Shown here: positions 13,880 through 26,538 of the stretch, one piece after another | Layout of the letters: each line of letters begins with the position of its first letter | Position numbering within the stretch: position 1 is the stretch's first letter | Source of the DNA: Haliotis rubra | Taxonomy: Eukaryota | DNA: 64,000 nucleotides | NCBI RefSeq assembly: GCF_003918875.1 | Contig: NW_025765381.1 | Location: 372,001 to 436,000, forward strand | Direction of reading: 5' to 3' | The notes under the pieces: generated by a model | Told to the model about the DNA's origin: nothing | The model's database searches: none | Seen by the model: the letters and a program-made list of their open reading frames with translations, nothing else | Translations under genes and position numbers: made by a program

Positions 13880-14086
13880 AAGACATGGATCGGGTGGTCA
13901 GACTCGCTTGACACATGGCATCGTATCCCAATTGTGTAGATCAATGCTCATGATGTTGATCACTGGATTGGAATATGATGACATGTGTCAACCAAGTCAG
14001 CGAGCCTGACCACCCGCTCCCGTTAGTCGCCTCTTACGACAAGCATGGGTTGGTGAAGATCAATTCTTGCCCGGATCTTCACAGGA
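13880..14086. mobile_element. Two fragments of SINE family 2 in opposite orientations
   Basis: 13888-13970 matches the + copy at 23764-24000; 13978-14086 matches the - copies at 25522-25750 and 26295-26538. Confidence 0.8.
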
Positions 14087-14277
14087 CGTATCGCTTTGAA
14101 CCGCGTCGTATTGTATTGGAATGTTTTACGTTGAAGTGCGCGCTATATTCCAGTGAAGTGTTCTGTATTCTATCGAATTGTTTCACATTGTACCGCGCTG
14201 TATTGCAATGTGGTGCGTTGTACTGTGTTGGGTTGGGTTTTTTCCACTACAGTGCGTGGCAGTACAGTTGTAGGCTA

Positions 14278-15680
14278 ACGGTAAATGACCAGACAAAACT
14301 GTAGTATCCGAATGTAAGGACACACTGATCGGTGTGGGAATAGAAAACAGGATTACCTGCTATTTACGAATGAAAAATCAGTTCCCCAAGAACCAGTACT
14401 AACAAAACATGACGTCATATTGCAATTACCTTTTATTTGTGCGTTTGAATTTGAAATTGTATTTCATGAAGGTTATTCTGGTAAAATATAAAATTATTTG
14501 GAGTGTCACCTTTCTTATTTGTGCACAGCTCACCATATCAGTATCACTGGGGTTTTTACACATTTTATGACGTTCACGGTCATTACCACTGCATTTGAAC
14601 CAGCTATCCTGAATTCATATCTCTCAAATCTCACGGGGAGCGCGGTGGGCGAGCGATCTAAGGCGCCAGGCTAGTGATCCTGCGAGCTTGAGGTGCCGGG
14701 ATCGAGCCCACCTGTGAAACCTCAAATTTGTGTGCAGACTCTTTCAGTGTTGTCACAATCCCTAGTGTACAATACACAACCCTGTATCCGTTGGTAAATG
14801 ACCAAATTAAAGCACTGTGACCATGTGTCCCAGTCCATTCAGCTGTGAATAGGTAACTCGTAAGGGTGGGAAAGCCACATTAACTTAGTGCGTCTAAATG
14901 ACTGCAAGAGTTGTATGATCCTCAGGGAGTTGAGATTGAAAAATACGATGTGCGGTTGAGATTGACATCCCATGATCGAGGGACAAACAAAGCGCCTTTG
15001 AGCAGCTCAGCTGAGCTGGATATTGGCGCTATACAAATATCATATAATATAAAAATATAATATAATCCCAACATACACAAAAGCAGTCTAGAATCCAAGT
15101 ATATCAGGAACAATTCATTGTGTTTCTGTTGGTCAGCATTACATCTTTTGGCTTGACCATTGCCTCACACCTAACTTACATCCCACATCGAGCTACCAAA
15201 CCATATAACTAAAATAATGATAAAGCCGGCGTTAAACCAAACACATCAGTACATAACATGCAATTGTTTCATTATTTCAAGATGCTCGTTAGTGTATATA
15301 AGTGAGACATAACCATTAGAGTCCAGAATCCAGTCTGACTGGTCTAAACAGAGACTTCCAATTGTTTTAACTCACGTTTTATCCTATCGATGTGAAACCA
15401 AAACTAACCGCAATCATGGTTGGCGTGTTCGCGCCAATAAATATTAAAGTAAAGAGATAATCACTTCCCTCAGAAGATGCCCTATATCAATTTGGTCCTT
15501 GTAAATGTAAGTACATGTAAGAACATGTCTGGCTTCGTGAAAGGTTGGATTGTAGAAGGACACATAACCGTTCCAGGGAAATACAGCTGATAGCTAGCTC
15601 CTATCGATTGTATTTTAGCAAACAAATGCACAACACATAGACTCTCAATTCTTGCAGTCCTTAATTATCAGGCTGGCAAG
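14278..15680 (+). repeat. Left arm of a large inverted duplication
   Basis: Reverse complement aligns in order to 18731-18954, 19378-19680, 21302-21369, 21550-21718 and 23450-23624. Confidence 0.92.
14636..15065 (+). mobile_element. tRNA-derived SINE family 3 (Deu-core-like body, LINE-like tail)
   Basis: tRNA-like head (GGTGGGCGAGCGATCTAAGGCG...GGGATCGAGCCC), core CCCAGTCCATTCAGCTGTGAATAGGTA and tail AAAGCGCCTTTGAG...GGCGCTATACAAAT; absent from the right inverted arm; partial copy at 55285-55533. Confidence 0.8.
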
Positions 15681-17663
15681 ATGTCATTAAAACCAGGTTA
15701 AGTCGCGATCACACCTTGCCTTCTTTTATCGCCCCGGTGTCACTGACGTACATCCGTGTTTATGTTCACACTTATTCCAATTACAGTATGTATCCATTGT
15801 TCGGGTCCATGAACACATTTGTCAATAATGACATGGAGTCATGTATGTTGTTCTCTTATTATCAGGACTCATGTTCAAACAAGCGTCTATATATGGTAGT
15901 GCATGACGTTTGGGTAAAAAGGACAGAGCATGGAGATTGTCATTGTGTCTGAGAGGTTTTAGTATTTATGTAATGATAACATTGCCTTGTGGTGCGGTGA
16001 TTTACATTTTAATAAGTCGTGTTACATTATAGTCCATTTAGGGTCACATTACTGCATTGATTTGCTTGGTATTGCAATGTACTAGCCATATCGCCCTGCC
16101 GTGTGTTATGTTGTAATGTACAGTAAGGCCTTGTATTATTGCAATGCGTCTTATTGCGCTGTAGCGCGCGTCCTTGTACGGGGTATAACAGTACTAGACT
16201 GACAGACAACGTAGTGACATGGTCCTTATCAATAACACCCTTCCCTGACCATCTTAGCCAGGACATTAACTCCCACGTATTGATTCCATGCCGTTCAGTA
16301 TTGAAATACTCCAGCGTTTTTCACATTGAATCCAGTTACACTGCAGATAAACATGCTATCTAAGTGAGAGGGTTCTGTAGTTCGTGTCAACAGGAGTTCG
16401 AGAAGAGGGGAAAGGTATGCGAATGAAGAAAAACATGTCCATGTGTTCGTGAATCACCCAGCGACAAATTCGTCACGATCGGTGTCTCCATCGCTGCGAC
16501 TGATTATGTTTCCCCGGTTTTTAGGGAGCTGGAATCCAATACTTATTAAAGGAGTGCCTTATGACTGTGGTCATATGACGAGGGCTGATGAGAACGGCCA
16601 ATATCCTGTTTGTGTAGTATTTCCGTTACATCTGCGTGAATGAGACGCAGACATGATGGGCTTCAGCTTAGTCATTGATCAAAAGGTTATGGCAGATGGC
16701 AATTAGATTTGCTGGTGACATTTTATATTAGGTTATGACGATTTCATGCGTTGGCGAAAACCCATGGCGTATTTCAAGCATAGTCGGTGGCTGCTGGCTA
16801 ATAAGTATTAAAATGGGAGAAACGCACAAAGTTTTGAAATATTTTATGACGGTATATGTTATTGACAACTGGGAATGTACAGACTAACTGACCACGTTCC
16901 ACAATTTTCAGCCTGCCAAGGGCCACATTGGTAAGGAACTTCTGAGACCCGTATCTTGTATTGTGTCGGCAGATAGAGATAGGCTAATCTAAATCACTGT
17001 GAACTTCAACACCGTTGGCATCAATACGTTAATCAAAATGACAAGAATTTCAAAAGATAAAACATTGCTTGACTTGCTCATTTAAAATAGGTTTGGCACA
17101 ATCCAGATAGGCCACTGAAGATGGGAGACGACTGCCTCGACCAGGACTATACAGGGTAGCTGGTATATAAAGGAACATATTACAAGGGATCAATCCAGTA
17201 TACAGCTTCTAATATATGTTGAATGCATTTTTTTCCTGGTCATCCAGCCAATAACATCACTGTTACACAGCAGAGCATGGCGCAACCACATGTCCTAAAG
17301 AGAATATTCCATATTATATTATCCTCAAAGTGAGTTATCCTGTTTAGAGTCCCATTGAGAGATCAGTACTTAATTTGAAATTTACTTCATCCCCCTAACT
17401 CCTCCGTCCAGATCATGAAATGCCTGCCCCACAAACAATAGCACCAGTCTCATCATGGTAAAACAATGTGTAGCAGAGACCGGACTACTTAACCATGGCA
17501 GCAACGTTGGTTTCTAACTTTCATTTCATAATGAAACCAGTTGCAAAGGTCCTACTCAGCTCCACGTCCTGAGTTCATAATGTACAAACTTGCCATGTTT
17601 ACATTCGGATTGTATTGTATCTACTTTTGCTTCCTTCCTGATGATGATAGTTAACGCAGAACT

Positions 17664-18539
17664 TCAGAACTCCTGCTGGCCGATGCTGAAGAACAGTGTG
17701 AGGTCGGGGTCTGTGACGTTGGACAGAACCTTCTACTTGCGCCGGTTGATATGGAGCAGTATACACAAGCTGCTGATGGTTCCCTACGCCTTGGACAGTT
17801 CCCCCAGGTGCAGCTGGTGGCGTGCAGCTGTGCACTGCAGCTTCTCATCCAGCAGCCCATATCCTTCCTTGGTAAGTTCTTTGTTGGTTTTGTGGATGAG
17901 TCGGCCATTCAGGTACAGCATATCTGCCCCCAGCGGGCTCGGCGTCTGCAGAATCTTGTAGATGTACGTCTTCAAGCAATCCATACGCTTCATGATAGTC
18001 CGTGGACCATCGCCCCGAGCGACTACCAGTTCGTTACATCCAATGACATTGACAGCATCTTTATGGTGAAGGAACTCTGTGTCGCCGATGTTGATTGGGA
18101 TGACATCGTAAGCGCAACTGCACCTGCTCCCTCTTCATTTGTTCTTTTGCCAATGCCAACAAAACATTCTTTCCCTGTAAACAAGACATCTCCATCCAGC
18201 TTGGCTTCACCCAGTTTCATCTAAATCACATTGAAGTGAAGGTCATTTTTCAGAACTCGTCGGACCTCACCAACCTGTCATGGTCTGGATGGATGACCTG
18301 GGCGAGAGTTGGGAACTGTTCCCCCGATCACAACAGCCGTATCCTCGACAAAACAACAGTCCGGGTATTTCTCATCTTCTTGGCTCATTGCGCATGACTG
18401 CAGCACACTCGGTAGATTCCTGTACTCTGCTCTCGGCTTCTCGATCTTCTCGATCTGACAATTTCTATTAGTTATTGCTTTACCTTTGAAACTGTTTGGG
18501 ATACGATACACGATCGTAATTGTAGTGAAAAGCCGCCAT
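17664..18539 (-). pseudogene. DDAH: Intronless dimethylarginine dimethylaminohydrolase (DDAH)-like pseudogene
   Basis: Collinear DDAH motifs DEKYPDCCFVEDTAVV, RPGHPSR, AKLDG-DVLFTGKECFVGIGKRTNEEGA, FLHHK, LYLNGRLIH and ELSKA*GTISSLC; ATG at 18539; several frameshifts and stops; no introns. Confidence 0.92.
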
Positions 18540-18577
18540 TTTGATATAAGGAATAGCGACTATACCACTTGGAACAT

Positions 18578-18588
18578 TATATATATAC
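18578..18588 (-). promoter_or_regulatory. TATA-like element about 40 nt upstream of the DDAH ATG
   Basis: Minus strand reads GTATATATATAATG; position only, and the background is AT-rich. Confidence 0.3.
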
Positions 18589-18954
18589 AACGTCAATGCA
18601 ACAGACTATCTCTCTTGGCAATCCTCAGAAACAAATTCTCCAAGGATTTAAGAGAAAAATTACTGTAAAAATAATATGACTGGATTGCCGAAAATCACCC
18701 ACACCCGCCATTCATAAAACATAAATCACCACTTGCCAGCCTGATCATTCAGGACTGTAGGAATTGAGAGTCTATGTGTTATGCATTTGTTTGCTAAAAT
18801 ACAATCGATAGGAGCTGGCAATCAGGTGTATTTCCCTGGAACAGTTATGCGTCCTTCTTCAGTCCAACCATCCACGAAGCTAGACATGTTCTTACATGTC
18901 CTTACATTTACAAGGACCAACTTGGTATAGGGCATCTTCTTAGGGAAGTGATTT

Positions 18955-19377
18955 TGTGGTTCAAACATATTTTTATTCCTCGAGAATCTGGTTTGGTAAA
19001 CAAGCAGAACTCTGCATATATCAATACCTCACCATTACATATATCATTTAAACAAAATACACAAGAACTGGATACTGACTGACTGACTGACTGACTGAGT
19101 TTAGTTTTACGCCGCTTTTAGCAATATTCCAGCAATATCACGGCGGGGGACACCAGAAATGGGCTTAACACATTGTGCCCATGTGGGGAATCGAACCCGG
19201 GTCTTCGGCGTGACGAGCCAACGCTTTAACCACTAGGCTACCCCACCGCCCCTAGAACTGGATACAAAAACCGACAAATTAAATCATATATGTGCGTTGT
19301 AGGTGCTTATAAACATTGAGCTTGCAGCTACACTTCATTTATTGATTGCATATAATTGTTAGTATAATTTGTCAAAA
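18955..19377 (-). mobile_element. 5'-truncated retroelement tail with a 13-bp TSD, carrying a nested SINE
   Basis: AGGGAAGTGATTT duplicated at about 18942 and 19377; the segment is absent from the left arm. Confidence 0.75.
19075..19252 (-). mobile_element. SINE family 1, full length
   Basis: Consensus match; TSD AGAACTGGATAC on both sides. Confidence 0.95.
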
Positions 19378-19680
19378 GGGAAGTGATTTTCTCTTTACTT
19401 TAATATTTATTTGCTCGAACACGCCATCCATGATTGCGGTTAGTTTTTGTTTAACATCGATAGGATGAAACGTGAGTTTAGACAATTGGAAGTCTCAGTT
19501 TAGACCGAATTCTGGAGTCTAATGATTAAGTTTTACTTATAGACACAAACAAGCATCTTGAAATAATGGAATGATTGCATGTTACGTACTCATGTGTTTG
19601 GTTGAACGCTGGTTTTGTCAGTATCTCAGTTGTATAGTGTGTTAGCTTAATGTGGGATGTAAGTCGGATGTGAGGCAATG

Positions 19681-21292
19681 GGTGGTAGGATAATAGGCCC
19701 ACTCAGACAAAAAGCCCCCAGACAAAACACCCCTAGGCTAAATGCCATGACAAAAAAACCTCAGTGGGTAGGAAAAAAGGCCCTCAAATAAAAAAATGTA
19801 ATAGAATACCAACAAATCTTTTTGCAACAAATGAATTTATTCTCACATGAATATATTATTTAAAATATAATATAATATAAGTTTAACATTTTTAACGTTT
19901 TAACCTGTCTCTGTAACAATATTTAATAGACCATCTAAAACACCATGCTCACTGCCCTGTCCAACAAAATCAAACAAGTGACCACTTTAAGCCAATTCTC
20001 TGAAACAACATTTAGCAGACTTCATTCCATTGTTAAAATAACAACATCGACACTGAGGAGCCTGGGAACAGAACAGAACAGAACAGAACAGAATAGAATT
20101 GTTTATTCTCGAAAATCATACAGAATGATATAGAGAACATACAGTCGTTTAAATACAATATCATATGGGTAGGTATTTTGATTTAGAAGTGGCTAAGCAC
20201 AGTTTTAGCAAAAAGTGAAAGTTTCAATAGGAGTGGGGTATAGTTTGATTTCATAAGTGAGATAAATTTGTCCATATGTGGATTATTACAGAAATAAGAG
20301 GGAAGAATCTTCTTACGTTCGACATTAAGCTGTGTACATGATAAAATAGCCTGATACTCGTCACAAATAATATTATTTTTACAAATTGTACATGTTCTGT
20401 TTTCTAGATTAATATTAAACCATCGTCCCGTTTCAACGGGTAATCTATGATTAGAAGTTTTTAATTTTGTTAACCAGATACGAAATTTTGATGGTAGATC
20501 TAGCAGATAAGGTTCTAAAGTAAGTGAGGTTTTATATAGATGATAATATTTTCCTTTAGATGAATTTTGGGCATCAGCATACCATGATTGTTTGAACTGG
20601 TCAATTAATGAATTTTTGACATGATGTTTCAACCAGTCGATGCTAGGGAACTTTTGAGATTGCCAAATATAGGAGAGCCCGACGTTTTGAAGAATATTTT
20701 GGACTGCTTTTAGTTGGTCGAAATCAGCATTCTGGAGAGATGATCTAAATTTCAGAATGTGGGGAATTTACTAGTTTCAGTTGTAACTTTACACCAGAAG
20801 CTGATGATTTTTACTTTTATATGAACATCAATAGGATATCTGCCTAATTCACCATAAACCATAAAACTTGGGGTAGATTGTTTTACTTTAAGAATATATT
20901 TACAAAACTTTAAGTGCGTTCTTTCCAAGATGATTGAATTTTCATAGCCCCACACTTCCGAACTGTAAAGTAGGATTGGCAAGATGCATTGATCAAAAAG
21001 TTTTAGTTGACAATCGATTGGTATTTGTAGTTTTCGGATAATTTTAAAGATGGAAAACTGGGTGCCTGGGTGCATTTGGTTTTCACATATGCTACTTACC
21101 TGTAACAATTGTCAGCAGTGGGAGGAATCACTTAGAAAACATCATGTTATCAACTGTCAACTCAAAATCAACACAAAGGGTGTTTTATCCTATGAGTGAA
21201 AGTTTGCAAGGGCTTTTTGTCATGAGGGCATTTAGCCTAGGTTATTTTTGTCCGAGGGCTTTTTGTCTGAGTGTGCCTATTGTCTGCCCACC
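19681..21292. mobile_element. Non-autonomous TIR DNA transposon (Mutator-like), 9-bp TSD
   Basis: Imperfect TIR GGTGGTAGGATAATAGGCCCACTCAGACAAAAAGCC / GGTGGGCAGACAATAGGCACACTCAGACAAAAAGCC; TSD GAGGCAATG at 19672-19680 and 21293-21301. Confidence 0.88.
20068..21060 (-). mobile_element. LINE 3' fragment (RTE-X-like) nested in the TIR element
   Basis: ILPILLYSSEVWG, MVYGELGRYP and SNHRLPVETGRW..RTCTIC..DEY motifs; (TTCTG)n tail. Confidence 0.88.
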
Positions 21293-21746
21293 GAGGCAAT
21301 GGTGGCCCACAGATGCAATGCTGACTAACCGAAACACAATCAGAGCGCTCTTAATTTGCTTGGATTCTAGCACAACTACGGGAAGGCAACTAGGACAACG
21401 GGCAAAAGACATTGACTCACCTTACAAAAATCAAATAAAATGATTTGATGTTGTTTTTGTTAATTTCAGATAGCCTTATTGTTAGTTATATGAACTCATA
21501 ATGGTCAAATACAATTCAGTCGTAATCACTGTAAGCGTCATAGACATGTGTAAAACACCCCAGTGATACTGATATGGTGAGTCGTGCACAACAATAAGAA
21601 AGGTGACACTCAATTTAACATTTTACCTCAAAATAACCATCTTGAAGTGAAACTTCAACTTCAAACGCCAGGCTCGTGTAATTGTCAGCGTGACTTGAAA
21701 AAGCGCACATAAAAGGTACAGTCAACTATCAAATGTTTATAAAAAC

Positions 21747-23385
21747 GGGAGCAGGACAAAAGCCACCCGGAAAAAAAACACCCGGACAAAAGCCACCCGG
21801 ACAAATGCCACCTAGGACAAATGCAACCCAGTTATTTTACCATTACTGAGAGGACAATTACCACCCTTCTTGACTTGAATGTTGATTTTGTTGTAAAATT
21901 ATGTAGACTTTGATGAATAATTTGGTTTCTTATAAAAAAATATTCACTTTGAAAAAATGTTGATTTTGATGTAAAGTTATGTAGACTTCGATGAATAATT
22001 TGGTTTCTTAAAAAAATATTCACTTTGGTAAAAAGTTGATTTTGATGTAAAATTTTGATTTCATAGTAATGTTGACTTTTTAAAAATATTAACGTAAATG
22101 GATGTAAAATATGATTTAGAAATGGTTTGACCTTGAATTTGTCGAGAAGCCTGTTGTAATAGCATTGTTTTGAAAGTAAGGCTAACTAAGCACATGGGGA
22201 GATAAATAGAATAAATCCTTTGGTTAACAAGACTACTTAGCCTGTCGGAGTAGCATTAAGAGGAGATGTTATGATAAGATGAAAGCGAGGAGGATTAATT
22301 TTAACGATTGTATGTAAATAGCATATACAGAAGAATACTATACCACCAAAATAAAAATAATCAAATACATTTTATCTGGGTCCAGTCACATATCGGAGTC
22401 CTTGGCAACGAAATGGCAGACCAAGCTGCCACACTTGGATTCCACTCAAAAAACAAAATAAAAATACCTTACTCCAAAACAAACCTAACAAATAAAGTTA
22501 ACAGTATAATAATAAATAAATTCAATTATAACTGGCAAATAATAAGAAAACATTATCCACTCTACTAAATTCAAGAAAAACACTAAATACAAAATGTAAA
22601 AATTATCACCAAACACGCCAAATTGATGTTGCCATAACCAGACAAATCACAAATTAATTCAAAATTCTTTTTATCAACTTCATTTTTGTAACTTTTTATA
22701 TGTTTGTCACTATTCACATAATAAATATGTTTTTAAACATGGGTTGGTTGAAAAAATATACAATAATAATAACAATAACCATTACCTACACTACATCTAT
22801 ATTAAATTCCAAATTTCTATTACTCTTTACCTATTTCATATTTTTAACCTTTTTAATTCTGCCTCCCATTCAAATTTCCCTTAATACTCAGTTGGTTTTT
22901 TTTGTTGGTTGTTTGTTTTGGGTTTTTTTGGTAGTAACACCACTCTTTCAAAAATTTTATTGTTTGTTCCCCCTCCTTTCTTAATAAGTGTACTTCCCCG
23001 TCGCCGAAATACTTTAGTTGTGCGTGCGACGTTAAATAAAGCAAATAACTAACTAACTTTCCATTTCACTTCCAATATGGACAGAATATGTTTGATCGCA
23101 GAAAGGAGTATGAAAGCAATATTAATGAAAGTGTGAATGAAAAATGAAAAAAAGATGAGAAGAAAGCAATAATGAAAGTGTGCAAAATGAAAATGAATTA
23201 TCATGCAAATACACCTGGGAAACATGATATTGTGTTGGTGGTTTTTATTTCTATTTGGGTGGCATTTGTCCTAGGTGGCATTTGTCTGGGTGGCATTTGT
23301 CCTAGGTGGCTTTTGTCCGGGTGGCTTTTGTCCGGGTGGCATTTGTCCGGGTGGTTTTTGTCCGGTTGGCATTTGTCCTAGACCC
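21747..23385. mobile_element. Non-autonomous TIR DNA transposon with GGACAAAAGCCACCC subterminal repeats, 8-bp TSD
   Basis: Inverted arrays at 21747-21830 and 23258-23385; TSD ATAAAAAC at 21739-21746 and 23386-23393. Confidence 0.88.
22308..22645 (+). mobile_element. LINE-derived RNase H fragment (I-group-like) inside the TIR element
   Basis: IHFIWVQSHIGVLGNEMADQAA matches the RNase H motif WVPSHxGIxGNExAD. Confidence 0.85.
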
Positions 23386-23763
23386 ATAAAAACAAACGAA
23401 CAATGATGCAGATACACCACTGATCAATTTTGCTCCCCAGAATTCACAGTAATTGCAATATGACGTCATGCCCATACTGTTCAGTAGCACACTGGTTCCA
23501 AACACGTTTCTCTTGGGGAATTGATTTTTCATTCGTAAATAGCAGGTAATCATGGTTTCTATTCCCACTCCGATCAATATGTCTGCTCACCTAACATTGG
23601 GATGTTTTGTCTATTTATTACCGTATTGTATTCTGTTCAAGTTTCGCCTACTTAATTGGTTGCATCAGCGGTACATTATATTACAAAACCACAATCCTGC
23701 CACGACATGCCAGTTGAGTTGAACCTTAAACTGGAAAGGAGGCCACCCTTCATTCACCCATGT

Positions 23764-24000
23764 ACCCGTGAAGATCCGGGTTAGAATTGGTCTTCGGCAA
23801 CCTGTGCTTTTGGTAAGAGGCAACTTATGGGATCAGGTGGTCGGGCTCATTGACGTGGTTGGCACATGGCTTCGTATCCCATCTGCGTAGATCGATGCTC
23901 ATGATGTTGATCACTAGCACTGGGTTGTCTGGTCCAGATTTCATTATTCACACACCGACGCCATAGAGATGGAATATAACTGTGCGGCGTTGAACAACAA
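23764..24000 (+). mobile_element. SINE family 2
   Basis: ACCCGTGAAGATCCGGGTTAGAATTGG...TAAGAGGCAAC...GTCTGGTCCAGA; multi-copy in this window. Confidence 0.85.
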
Positions 24001-24846
24001 ACAGAGATACAAACATTCATTCATGGAAATGTTTCGTAAGGTGGTGAGCCAGACTTGGTAACGGTCTTGTGTAATTGAACAAAATCATAAATAAATTGAC
24101 ACAACAATCTATTTAGATTCTTGGGCTGTCTTGTTCTGTGAATACATTTCACTTTTTGAAAATCTTTTTATCATTTGTCATGCTCTTGTACACGAACATT
24201 TATATTACAGCGCACAACAGACATTGCAATTAAGGGCCTGTTCGAAACTGGTTTTGGTTTCTGAAACTGGTTTCTCCTGTTATAAACGAGTGTCTAGTTT
24301 CGGATACATGGTTTCAAAGTGAAACCATGTTTCTAGTTTTACAAACAAGTGGATGGATTCACCATCCGGTTTCAAAATGGATATCAAGAAGAGCACTTAT
24401 AGTGCATTTACGTCCACTGGCGCCGAGGTAACAAAGGACGACGGTGCCTACAAGAAAGTGATCGTGGTACGATGAAAAGATTGTACGGCACTTCATTAAC
24501 TATTCACGACGTTTCGATCAGTAAAAAAATTTACACTTCAACCAAGAATATAATTATCCTCGAAACAAGCCTAAAGGGGTAACATTCTTTTATCAAACTA
24601 ATCTGTTCGTTTAATGACACAGTGATTCTTTGAACAATATTAGTTGTGGACTGCCTTCGAAGGGTTTTTGCTGTGCTATTTCCTGTGTGTGAGCGTTTTC
24701 GTAATACCACATACACTTCGCCTCCACATACTAATTGTCATCAACGTGAAGTTTGATAAGAATTTCATATGAAACATGAAAACAGAGACGCGTTGAAAGA
24801 CAAGGTGACGGCTACTTCGAAAAATATCTGGACTGTCTTAAAGGTG

Positions 24847-24955
24847 CAGGGTGCCATTGTACAAAAACGACCTTAGCGCTACGAATGTCGTATATGTTAA
24901 GGTACGGGAGTTACGATCACCTTAGCCTTAGTTTGCTTTGTACAACGACACCCTG
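24847..24955. mobile_element. Short MITE (PIF/Harbinger-like)
   Basis: TIR CAGGGTGCCATTGTACAAA / CAGGGTGTCGTTGTACAAA (reverse complement) around a 109-bp element. Confidence 0.7.
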
Positions 24956-25521
24956 GTCATATTTTACAGGATAATTTGAGATGGTATGATTTGTGTAGCG
25001 CGTGTTCGAATAAGATTCTTGCGGCTTCTAAATTGGTGTGAATCACAATATGCAGGTATGAATGCTGTTCCGCTAGGAATGTGTGTGTTTTTTCTGAATA
25101 GGAAAGTACACAACACTTGTCTTGACAAGGTACATGTAGCCTATTGACTCACTCCAGAAACACTGTTTTCAAACAATGAATACGACGTGTAGAATAGAAG
25201 AAGCATGGCAGAAAGCAAGGAAAAACTTTTCGTAACATATAATCCAGACATGCGTGTAGAATTTGTTGCATCTTAATGGAAACGAGGTTTTGGTGATACT
25301 AAACAATAGGAAAAGACAACACCGCCATGGCAGTTATTACCCAACGAGTACTGGGTTTCATGAATGAGCGCGCTTACTAGATGGCGTATAAGAGAATAGA
25401 CCTACAGTCAGCAGTATTAATGCAATCTCACGCCGACATAACATGTAATGGTAATAACACTGTGTTTGGGTAACGTATGCACTTCGCAATTAGAAATGAT
25501 ATTTCACTTAAGTACAGTTCT

Positions 25522-25750
25522 GAGTGCGTGGGTTTAGTTTTACGCCGCACTCAGCAATATTCCAGCTATATGACGGCGGTCTGTAAATAATCGAGTCTGG
25601 ACCAGACAACCCAGTGATCATCAGCATGAGCATCGATCTACGCAATTGGGATACGATGACATGTGTGAACCAAGTCAGCGAGCCTGACCACCCGATCCCG
25701 TTAGTCGCCTCTTACTGAAGACCCGATTCTAACCCGGATCTTCACGGGTC
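25522..25750 (-). mobile_element. SINE family 2
   Basis: Consensus match with a GAGT-type tail. Confidence 0.9.
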
Positions 25751-25918
25751 ATTTCTGAGTAACAGGGATGTGGACATGGTCACGTGTGATCAATCGTCAG
25801 ATATTTGGGCACTGTCAAACCCATTTCTAACACGTATTTTCACGGGTCATTTCTGAGTAACAGGGATGTGAACATGGTCACGTGTGATCAACGGTCAGAT
25901 AATTGGGCACTGTCAAAC
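25741..25918. repeat. Local direct duplication of about 80 bp
   Basis: TTCACGGGTCATTTCTGAGTAACAGGGATGTG...CACTGTCAAAC at 25741 and 25839. Confidence 0.9.
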
Positions 25919-26294
25919 ACAGTAATTTATTACTTAATATTATGAAATTTATAGCCTGAATCAATTATCCCTTGGATTGTGTTGGCAATCATATTCACAT
26001 AACCCGTATCCATGGCGACGCCATTGTTTCTCCGTCTGTCCTGTGTTGTTCATTGCTGTTACATACATATGTTTACCGTTAACCAGTCTGGTATTCCGAC
26101 AACACCTGTGCATGTATAGACAGCAGTGAGCAGGCTATTCCGGATTGCGTGACCTGTCGAGTTCACATCTCGACTTTTATTATAAACATTAATATTTATT
26201 GTTCATTTTATAAAAGAAGTTCATAATACCTTCTTTCAATCTCAGCTAATATCCCCTTCTATATACATGCACATGACTAACAGCTGACTGAGGA

Positions 26295-26538
26295 GAGTGG
26301 GTGAGTTTAGTTTTACGCCGCACTCAGCAATATTCCAGCTATATGTCGGCAGTCTGTAAATAATCGAGTCTGGACCAGACAATCCTGTGAGCAACAGCAT
26401 GAGCATCGATCTGCGCAATTGAAAACCGATGACATGTGTCAACCAAGCCAGCGAGTCTGACCACCCAATCACGTTAGTCGCTTCTTACGACAAGCATGGG
26501 TTACTGAAGATCAGTTCTAACCCGGATGTTCATGGGTT
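26295..26538 (-). mobile_element. SINE family 2, full length
   Basis: Consensus match. Confidence 0.9.

Larger units (their letters stand above)
18731..23624 (-). repeat. Right arm of the inverted duplication, interrupted by nested insertions
   Basis: Segments are reverse complements of 14278-15680 at roughly 85% identity by eye. Confidence 0.9.

Noticed and set aside
24231-24400. Harbinger-like end TAAGGGCCTGTTCGAAAC with short palindromes
   Set aside because: No matching second TIR found
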